From Octopus sinensis (Eukaryota): DNA of 64,000 nt. The position numbers were made by a program, and so were the translations under genes. The notes under the pieces were generated by a model. That model made no database searches. It was not told the DNA's origin and was given only the letters and a program-made list of their open reading frames with translations. The DNA lies in contig NC_043004.1 in the NCBI RefSeq assembly GCF_006345805.1, positions 55,428,001 through 55,492,000 of the forward strand. The letters run 5' to 3'. Shown in pieces: positions 54,007-64,000 of the stretch (the stretch's first letter is position 1; every line of letters starts with the position of its first letter).

Positions 54007-56855
54007 CAACCGAGATAATCACATACAATTTGGACACAAGGTGGAAAAAAGAGTACTCAAATACCAGAGGCAGAGTAATATGCTTTATTTAATAACAGCA
54101 GAAATATAACACTGGAAATTATATTGTTATATTTCTGCTGCTTTTAAATAAAGTATACATATATATATATATATATATATACATTGGACATGGGCGATCG
54201 TTGTATTATTCTTTTTTATCTTGAAGTTCACAGCCAAACGGGTGGGTGGATTCGCATGAAAAATGGCACACATATGGAGACGGGTGTATAGATTGGAATG
54301 CGATTTGTATTTTTTACCTAGCCTCCACAGTTACCGAGAAAATCGATTAAAACTTTACTAACGGAATTTCTCTGTTTCTTCAGCCATTAAAACAACCAGC
54401 TGCTCACACAGCCAGCATAAACTATTTCGCTAGCAACAACGGGAGTACAGGATGACAGTCAGCCAAAACTCCGACATGCTGTCTCTCTTCTTTCACCTCT
54501 TTGTGGGGTTAATAATCTTAATCTTTAGTTACAGTTTCTCATTCAAACTACATAATACGCAGAATTGTAGGATTAAGACAGTGTTTTGATGGGGATTTGG
54601 CTGCTATTTCTACCAGTTCTAGCTACCATGTATTTTCATTCACATATCGTAAAAATTTTCTACCATGACCTCACATTTTCTATGTATGTGTGTGTACCTT
54701 AAAAGACGGGATTAGACAGGTCCAATAGAATAGCTCTCACAAACAGACTATGTACAAATTTCTTTCTGCACAACTCCTGAAGCTGCTTTCTGACAAGGGG
54801 GTGGTCATAAAATTTTCATACAGCTGGAGGCTCCAATCAAAACAGGGGACCCGAAATAATAAAGTTGAAAAACGGTGTTATAGATTATGCCTAAGCGAAA
54901 ACGATCACAGCCGCATCAGCCAAACAGACCGGGTGAAACCGGGCTTAGCTGCTAGTAGATATACATATATATATATATATATAAATGAAAGAATAGAATC
55001 GAACGACGATTTAACAAAATTCCTTTATTCTCCACATATGTTTCGAAGACTGCATATTCTTAATTCTAATGGGTTAAAATCTAACAATTGAGTTATTAGC
55101 TGTTAAAGGGTGTATACATTTTTGTATATATATATAGTTTGTGTGTGTGTGTTATCGAGTTATAGATATAATGGATACAAATTAAATTATTAATTAATCA
55201 ACATATTCACCAACAATTGTTTCATTTCACTCTACTCCCTCTGGCAGTCTTATAAGAAAACCATTGAAACTCATACACTCATTTCAAAACGGTAAAAGGA
55301 AAAATTACAGATAATATGGGTGGCTCATTAACAATTTAACAACCTAAAGGCAAATTAATAGATGACACTAGAGATTTCTTATAAGACTGCCTGAGAGAGT
55401 TGAGTTTAATCATAGGCGCAGTACGGGTCATTGATGAGGATTAAGAGGTTCTGCATCAAAACCCGAAATCGTCGTTTTCGCTGTATCCGTTAGGGGCTTG
55501 CCTCCCCTTGTCAGTCATTAAGATAGTGCTTTGTGGCTATTGAGTTGTTTTGACTTTTATTTCTAGCAATACTGGAATTTATTAGTACCCTCTGTCACCT
55601 CAGTAACGTCTATCAATTTGCCTTTAGGCTGTTGAATTGCTAATAAGCCAACCATATTATTTGTATATATATATATATATATATAACTACAATAATACCA
55701 GGATGGAATTTATAAATATTTAATGCATCGCTACGTACGTTTCTACAGATCAGATGATTTTAACATCAGAGTCGGTGTCCTTTGGATTTGTACAATATAG
55801 TCCGCATTATTTGTGAGCATCATCATTGATCAATTTCATTAGGCGATACTGCATAATTGGATGAATCATACATCCTGTGACCACTTCAATAACTCTCCAT
55901 TCTACGTATCTCTTCCTGTTCTGTTTCGTCTGCAAAGCAAGTACATAAACGTATGTGTGTGTGTGTACATATACAGGCATACATACATACATACATACAT
56001 ACATACATACATACATACATACATGCATACATACATACATACATATATATATATATAGGAGACTATTGTAGTTCGCTTGAAGCATTGTGTATTGTTTGTA
56101 AAGAATAAAAAGTTTTGAATGGTATAACAATGCACTATGATATAGACAATGGGCTATTTACACACACACACATATATATACATAAGCACTCACACGCAGA
56201 CATACGCGCGCGCTCACACACAGACACACATATTGCATTATTCCCGAGTGCTAAAGCTAGATCTAGTTTTTTCTTCTAGAATATCTGAAATCTTTGATGT
56301 GTCATTTTTGTCGTTTTCAGTATCTCTCTCCACAATATTACATCGATCCTCACTACGACCACAACCACCACCACGACGATGACCACCACCGCCGCCACTA
56401 TCACATCATAGCTGTCACCGCTATATATATCAACAATCACCCCCGCACGGCGCCGCCACATATAAAGTACACACCCATTACTACAAACCACTACATCACA
56501 TCTAGCACTATTATAATGAACGCCGTTGTACTACCATCTCCACCAAAACTACCATCAGCACCACCACCATCACCACAACAACCATAATCACCACCACTAC
56601 TACAATCACCATCAAGACCACCACACCACCACCACCACCACCCAGACTACCATACCACCACCACCAGTACCGCCCCACTCCACCATCAATATGGATTGCG
56701 CATGTTTGGGGTTTTCCATGTAATGTCACTTGTATTGATAAGTGCTCCATTAATAAGTTGGCACCGGGATCTGATGTTAATCTCACTTCATTCTCTGTTG
56801 TACACTTGACCCAGCAACATCGCAGCAACGTAGCATCATATCTGTAAAAGAAACT

Positions 56856-57425
56856 ATGAAGGAAGCAACTGTTCTGTTACATATTGTCACATTGATGGCA
56901 TGTCTGTATATCAACGCTAGCACTTTCGTCGTCAACAACAACGACAACAACAGCAAAAGCAGCAACGATAACAACATTAATTACGATGTCAACAACGACA
57001 CCAAAATAGGGACGTCAGAATCTTCAGTTGTTTCATCCAAGCCCTGTACCCTGAATTCGTCGCATTGTAGAAGCGGTGAAACGTGTGTAATATATAACCG
57101 CAGTTTACAGTGCCGTAAGTTAACTGCCAGAGAACAGTACTTTTGTTACCGATGTAAGAACAGCTTATGTGACTTTGACGGGGACGGATATATGACATGT
57201 CACTGCAAACCACATTGGACGGGACAATGAAATAAGTACCAGTCGAACACTGAGGTTGATATAATAGACATAAACACCCAACTGAAATTCCAGGCTTTGT
57301 GCCAAAATTTGCAACCATAACTATGCTTGAGGAATTGCACAATTGGTAAATGAAAGGAGACAAAGAATATTGCGAATGCCCCGACAATTTTACGCCTACA
57401 TCGAACTGCACAAAACAATACAACG
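56856..57425 (+). pseudogene. Tandem paralogue of the EGF-TM-TIR receptor, exon 1, disrupted
   Basis: Identical to copy 1 from the ATG to 57214. The insertion at 57225-57324 brings TGA at 57228-57230, and a further 1-nt frameshift lies at aaatgaaagga. The GTGAGT donor is retained at 57426. Downstream exons are not in the window. Confidence 0.8.
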
Positions 57426-57631
57426 GTGAGTCATTTTTTCATATTTACAGCGATTGTGCGTAAGATTATAAATGTATATATACACATACATACATACATA
57501 CATACATACATACATACATACATACATACATACATACATACATACATGCCTGTTTCCATATCTGTTTTTACGAACTTCTCCCTCGCTATAACTCTTATTT
57601 AATTTGTCTTTGTAATGTCTCATCAGCTGCT

Positions 57632-57651
57632 AACCCTAACCCTAACCCTAA
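57632..57651. repeat. Short (CCCTAA)n telomere-type repeat at the head of a family C element
   Basis: taaccctaaccctaacccta directly precedes acgcggtgagctg. Confidence 0.6.
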
Positions 57652-57927
57652 CGCGGTGAGCTGCCAGGATCGTTGGCACGCTGAACAAAATATTTAGCGA
57701 TATTTCATACTCCTTTACTTTCTGAATTCAAATACTAATGCCGTCGAGGTTGACTTTGGCTTGCGTCCTTTCGGGGTCAATGAAATAAGTACCAGTCGAA
57801 CACTGAGGTTGATATAACAGACATAAACACCCAACTGAAATTCCAGGCTTTGTGCCAAAATTTGCAACCATAACTATTATTATAGTTTTCTTTATATTTA
57901 TATTTTTTATCACACACACACGATATA

Positions 57928-57984
<57 letters not shown>

Positions 57985-58077
57985 GACTAATGTAGGATAA
58001 AAATTTTTTTCGGGAAAAAAATTTTATCAATGGCCAGCATATCAAAAAATACCTTTAAAGGTTAAATTTATAAATAA

Positions 58078-58461
58078 TTTACAAAAATAAGGGCAAAAGA
58101 AAAATTCTAATGCCAAATATGCCGAAAAAAAGACAAAAATTGTCAATAACCATTATAATTTATGCGTCTCGAAACAAACCGATAGAAATTTCTAAAAAAA
58201 TCCGTTATTACTGTATTGGTCCCAATACTCATGCCCGGGCATGAGTAAGTATTTCACTTATATCTCACGTATTTATCGCTGAAGAGGGGAAAATTCTTAT
58301 GAATTAACCCAGAAATTGGGACCAACACGGTAATAACGGATTTTTTAGAAATGTCTATCGGTTTGTTTCGAGACGCATAAATTATAATGGTTATTGACAA
58401 TTTTTGTCTTTTTTTCGGCATATTTGGCATTAGAATTTTTCTTTTGTCCTTATTTTTGTAA

Positions 58462-58465
<4 letters not shown>
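58078..58465. repeat. Fold-back element with ~145-bp inverted arms next to (TA)n
   Basis: ~58078-58223 is the reverse complement of ~58315-58465; the spacer contains the perfect palindrome tactcatgcccgggcatgagta. Confidence 0.8.
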
Positions 58466-58519
<54 letters not shown>

Positions 58520-58521
<2 letters not shown>

Positions 58522-59782
58522 AGGTGGGGAAGCAAAATTTACAATATTTTGAGGCAGGGATTGAAAGACAGTGTATGACCAATTTGTTTATTGAAAGTCA
58601 TGAGAATTTATTTGCCAGAAGACAATTTATATAATAGAAAATATTTCTATACTATGTATCCTCCTTCTTTCTCAATAACTGCCTTCACACGCTTCCTGAA
58701 ACTTGCACAGGCGTTCCTCAAATATTCGGGAGACAACTCACATTCTTCTTTAATAGTATCTTTAAGAGAGTCGACATTGCTGTGTGATGTTCTATTGGTA
58801 GCATGTTCTAAAACGCCCCAAATAGCATAATCCCAAAAGTTTAGATCTGGGCTTGAAGGCAGCCATAAACATGATTAAAAAAAATTGCTAAAGTTGGATT
58901 TGCAGAAATTTTGTATTTTTCTAGCTGTGCGGGCTGGAGCACCATCCTGTGTCCATACATAATTACTATCTGGGTAGTTTGCTTTAAGCCATGGCAATAC
59001 CTGGTATCTCAGAGTCTTGAAGTAAGTATTAACATTGATCTTTTCATCAGCTTTGTAGAATTTTATAGGCATTTTCTTTCCATCGGAAGCCTCAACACCA
59101 AAAACCATAACTTGAGCAGGATCTTTTGTTTTGAATGTCCCCTTAACCTCAGCTGTTGATTTTGCGATAAATCTGTCATTTCTGCTGTTCAGAACAGCAT
59201 CGACAGTAAAGATCTTTTCATCTGAAAAGATCGTTACAATCGAGGACTTTTTCTTGAACCATGTAATAATTTTCTTGCACCTTTCCAATCTGTTTTCCTT
59301 CATAGCTGTCAACAAGTGTTTTGGTGTTCTTGTGTAAGATTTTAACCTCAAATCATATTTTACAGCATTTCTAATGGTCGTGTTGTCTACCTCAAGTTCA
59401 ATTGCTATTTTTCACATGGATTTGGTTGGATCCTTTAGGATTTTGGATTTGAGAGCTTTAATAAAAGCTTTGGTATGTTTTTTGTTGATTCCAGACGTCC
59501 TCGTAATAGTTTTGCTCATAGTCATTCTATAAATAGTCTTTATGGACACTCCAACTATTCTTTAAATCTCCTTTGGTGTGACGAGTGCATTCAGAAAATC
59601 ACACACTCTTTAACTTTTGCTTTCCTGATTACTCATATGGGCAAAAGTTTCTGAAAAGGTAAGTATAATAGTGTTAGGTATGAGTATGACATCGATATAT
59701 GCTAGGTTTCAAAATAATTGACCTAGTGCCTCCTGAGAAAAAACACCTTAACGTTCATTGTAAATGTTACTTCTCCACCCGG
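58520..59782 (-). mobile_element. Tc1/mariner superfamily, DD37D (maT-type) element, defective
   Basis: IFSDEKIFTVD...QVMVFG...VWTQDGAPA, with SPDLN..DY after a frameshift, giving a spacing consistent with D37D. Imperfect TIRs caaggtggggaagcaa / ttacttctccacccgg with TA flanks. Confidence 0.8.
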
Positions 59783-60341
59783 TACATGTGTGTGTGTATG
59801 TATGTATGTATGTATGTATGTATGTATGTATGTATGTATGTATGTATGTATGTATGTATATATAGGGAATTTTGGGAGCACTCTTATGACTGCTTGATGT
59901 AAAACCGTACTAAATGGTATTTTTTTTTTTTTGTTTCAGATTTTCCTTCGAGGCTATGCTAGAGCAACGCTTTGAAGGGTTTAGGCAAACAAATCGATCA
60001 CAGTAAAGTCTAGAACTTACTCAGTCGTTAACTTTGGCTAACGGTTAAATTACAGGAATATAAACAAACCAACACCCGTTGTCAAGCAAAGGTGGGGGAC
60101 AAACACAAAGACCCACACACATATATACCGGCATATCTCAACATAAGTTGTTTCGAGGAACATCGTTTTTATAAAGAATTTCTTCGTAAAATCATCATCC
60201 TATGGTGATTTATCCGACTTAACGTTTTGTCTCAAGGAACATACATAAAAGCATAGAATTTGCCATAGAAGAAAAAAACATGCAAATCAATGCTTCAATG
60301 GAAAATCAAATAAAGTGCATGTGAAAATATAAATAAACAAT

Positions 60342-60434
<93 letters not shown>

Positions 60435-60594
60435 TATATATATATATAGACTAATAAAGTTTTAAAGATTCTTTTGTGCTACGTCCTTTTTCGAGTTTAT
60501 TTGCATGTCTTCGAGCCAATTACCAATGCATGTATGTATGTATGTATGTATGTATTTATGTACGTATGTATAGATGTATATATGTATATATGTG

Positions 60595-60927
60595 AAGGCG
60601 CATGGCTCAGTGGTTAGAGCGTCGAGCTTACGATCGTGAGGTTGTGGGCTTGAATCCTGGACCGGGCTACGTGTTGTGTTCTTGAGCAAGACACTTTATT
60701 TCACGTTGCTCCAGTTCACTCAGCTGTAGAAATGAGTTGCGACGTCACGAGTGCCAAGCTGTATTGGCCTTTGCCTTTCCCTTGGATAACACTGGTGGCG
60801 TGGAGAGGGGAGGCCGGTATGCATGGGCGACTGCTGGTCTTCCATAAACAACCTTGCCCAGACTTGTGACTAGGAGGGTAACTTTCTAGGTGCAATCCCA
60901 TGGTCAGTGTCGTGACCGAATGGGTCC
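60595..60927 (+). mobile_element. SINE family D with tRNA-derived head
   Basis: ggcgcatggctcagtggttagagcgtcgagcttacgatcgtgaggttgtgggcttgaatcctggacc is tRNA-like (A box, degenerate B box), followed by the conserved-type body cttgagcaagacac...ccagttcactcagctg. Confidence 0.75.
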
Positions 60928-61046
60928 CGGATCCCGGATATATGTATGTATGTATTAATGTACGTATGTATGTATGTATGCATGCACGTATGTATGTATA
61001 CGTATGTATGCATATATATGTATATATATATCTATATATCTATATA

Positions 61047-61124
<78 letters not shown>

Positions 61125-61221
61125 AAATTAGAGACAAAACCACTATTATGCAAATCAAACAAAGAAAGACTTAAGCCAATACATAAAATAATTTATATAA
61201 ATTAAAATTTATCAAATGAAT

Positions 61222-61273
61222 AACCACTACGATCGTTTCGTGTCAGCACATCTTAGACATTCTTCAGGTGGTT
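61222..61273 (-). ncRNA. Type I hammerhead ribozyme
   Basis: Minus strand: AACCAC-CUGAAGA-A-UGUC(loop)GACA-C-GAAACG(AU)CGUA-GUGGUU; 6-bp helix I, palindromic helix III ACGAUCGU, GUA triplet. Confidence 0.75.
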
Positions 61274-61353
61274 TCTAAACCTTCTTAGCGAGTTATAAAC
61301 TATGAAGTAATTTGAATCACAATACATCTTAAACAGCGTTTAAGAAATTACGT

Positions 61354-61533
<180 letters not shown>

Positions 61534-61586
61534 TAACGTAATTTCTTAAACGCTGTAAATTTGGATTTATTCCCTAATATTATTAT

Positions 61587-61626
<40 letters not shown>

Positions 61627-61971
61627 AACACTTGCCAGCACACACACCACACACCCACACACCATCATCAACACACCCACGCACCATCATCCACACACGT
61701 CAAGGTCACTAGCCCCTACCCCCCACATACACAAACACACATTCTTACATACACACACTCTCGTAGGAGCACCTTCGTTTTGGGATCACTAATACTTTAT
61801 TATCGCCCCTTCTTTCTACTTCTGTGAAACCCTTTTTTTCCCAACCAGTCGCCATGCTTGACTGTAAAATTGAGAATGTATGGGATGGACTTCATGAAAA
61901 CCACGACCAATACTAATGATAAATTAGTCAATTCTATACCCAAAATGCCTTCAGGCCGAAGGAGGAATATA

Positions 61972-63246
61972 CGAGGGGCGGTCAATAAGTAATGCCCCTG
62001 ACCCACTTCCCATAGCAGTAGAGCAAAGAAACTTGGCACAGTTATTAGTCTTTTTCTACATAGGAACCACCCAGAGTTACGCATTTCTCCCATCGTTTGA
62101 TGCAGCGCTGGAGACCGTTTTTGTAGAAGACCCCAGCTTGGCCCTCCAACCACGACGTGACTTTAGAAATCAAGGCTGCATCATCTGTGAAATGCTTTCC
62201 TTTCAAAAACAACTTCATGGCAGGGAAGAGGTGAAAATCAGAGAGTGCAACGTCAGGAGCGTAGGGGGGATGGGGGAGGAGTTCATAGCAGCACGCCTGT
62301 GCTTCTGATCTGGCGACACGCGAGTTGTGGACCGTAGCGTTGTCCTGCAGGAGGAGGATGCCTTTGCTGATCTTGCCCCACCTCTTGATTTTGATAGCTT
62401 CTCTTAATTTCCTCAAAAGTGAAGCATAATAGGCTCCTGTAATTGTGGTACCCTTTGCCAGGAAATCTGTCATCACTACTCCGTCCTGGTCCCAGAAGAC
62501 TGTGAGCATGACCCTGCCAGCGGAGAGCTGCACCCTTGCCTTCTTTGGAGGAGGTGAGTCACGGTGCTTCCACTGCATTGACTGGGCTTTGGTCTCTGAA
62601 TCATAGTGATGGACCCAGGTTTCATCCTGTGTAATCAGTCTTTTGAAAAATTTTGACTCATCTACTTGGCACATCTCCAAATTCATCCTCGAGCACTCAA
62701 CGCGTTCTTGCTTCTGGAAAGGTGTGAGCAACCTGGGAATCCATCTGGCAGACACCTTTTGCATATGCAAATGGTCAAGAATGATAGTTTCCACAGACCC
62801 GGTACTAATCTTGACCTCATGGGCTATTTGGCGAATAGTTATGCATCGATCTTCCAAAATGGCAGCCTCAACTTGACGGACAGATGCCTCATCAATGGCA
62901 GAAGGGGGTGACCAGATCTGGGAGCTGTTTCCACAGAGTTCCGACCATGTTTGAATTCACGATGCCAGCGTTTTACAAGGTCATATGATGGGGCATCATC
63001 ACCATAAGTTACTTTCATTTCATCAAAAGTCTCCTGTGGTGTGCGTCCTTTCAAATACAAAAACCGGATCACTGCTCGACACTCAACAGGCTCCATTTCA
63101 CACTTGACTCAGTTCAAACACCTGTAAATTAGAAACCACAATTAGCTCAGAGCTGTAATTTGCCACTTAATCTATAGAGATATAAATAATTGCTAGATCA
63201 AACAACTGCAAGTGGGTCAGAGGCATTACTTATTGAACGTCCCTCA
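61972..63246 (-). mobile_element. Full-length mariner (DD34D) transposon with one frameshift
   Basis: 33-bp imperfect TIRs (cgaggggcggtcaataagtaatgcccctgaccc), TA TSD (61970-61971 / 63247-63248). ORFs 62839-63096 and 62045-62857 contain WIPRLL, ITQDETW, LLQDNA-x-HPPYAPDVALSD (34 residues between the second and third Asp). Confidence 0.93.
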
Positions 63247-64000
63247 TATTTAGCAGAGGACTGCTATATTCTGTTTATATTCATTTAACTTCTAAGCCAT
63301 TCTCATAAAAGTTAAAACAGACCTGCCATTGTTACCTAGTAGTACATTTAGATTAACGTATACTTGATTATTCTTGTTGTGGTTATTATATATGTAAAAA
63401 TCATATATTCATTGAAGACTTCATGTACAAGAACAGAACAAATATTGACTCTTCTGCCCTTGTTCTTTTCTGGGGTCGATTCAAATGGATTTCCTTCCGT
63501 AAACGTTGTTCGTTTGTATCTGTGTGAATATACTGTTTGGTTCTGCTGATATTTCCATAATGCTGTAGCAATGTTTTAACGAGGTGCTGCTAAAAATTTC
63601 CTGGCCTTAAGGGCATCGCAAAAGGCCAGGTTGAAGGTCCTATCTTCTGAGTTCTATTTCGACGATAACAAGTTAGCAAATCTTAGGAGGGATATCTTCA
63701 GAAATAGAAGTTACAGGACTTAGAAAAACTGAAGTTCCGCTGCAATAAGTGTATGAATCTGAGAGGGGAATATATTGAATAAAATTATAACACGTATTCC
63801 TGTATTTTCTACTACTCAAATCCAGGAATTTTTCATTGCAGTGCAGAGGAAATCTTGCGAGAAATATTTTATTGCCTAAGTTGCTTTTACTGATTTGTGA
63901 AGTTTATATGTAGAATATGTAGAATCTAGGTTATTTTATTACATTCAGTATGTTCTATGTAAATTATGTTTTTCGATTCTTTAAATTAATCATGTACAAA

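Noticed and set aside
55422-55490. Hammerhead-like motif TTGATGA...GAAATCGTC (and CTGAAGA...GAAA at ~58279-58320)
   Set aside because: The core is mutated or helices I and III cannot be formed convincingly.
57632-57651. (CCCTAA)n as a telomere or fusion relic
   Set aside because: Only about three units, attached to a SINE-like element; too short to infer chromosome-end history.

Overview
Repeat-dense, AT-rich eukaryotic DNA. The SINE families, microsatellite load and TE spectrum resemble what I know of octopus (cephalopod) genomes; this assignment is an inference. One complete host gene can be assembled by hand, and the ORF track misses most of it. It has four coding exons on the + strand (17246-17720, 27363-27536, 44428-44571, 46270-46601), joined by three phase-1 GT-AG introns into a 1125-nt CDS (374 aa). 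The product has a signal peptide, a Cys-rich EGF-like ectodomain, one transmembrane helix and a complete cytoplasmic TIR domain: a Toll/IL-1R-type receptor with EGF modules instead of LRR or Ig domains. A tandem paralogue starts 39.6 kb downstream (56856). It is nearly identical over 492 bp but is broken by a 100-bp insertion copied from about 550 bp away and by a 1-nt deletion. The rest of the window is transposable elements: a nearly intact CR1-group LINE, two Penelope-like relics, Tx1/L1, RTE and R4/Dong fragments, Tc1, mariner (DD34D) and DD37D transposons, Helitrons and at least four SINE families. About ten hammerhead-ribozyme motifs, from intact to degenerate, sit in AT-rich repeats next to (TA)n or (AAT)n tracts, often with fold-back or tandem structure. 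Most short ORFs in the track are microsatellite translations. Homopolymer frameshifts and the indel-rich triplication at 49-50.6 kb suggest residual long-read assembly errors.
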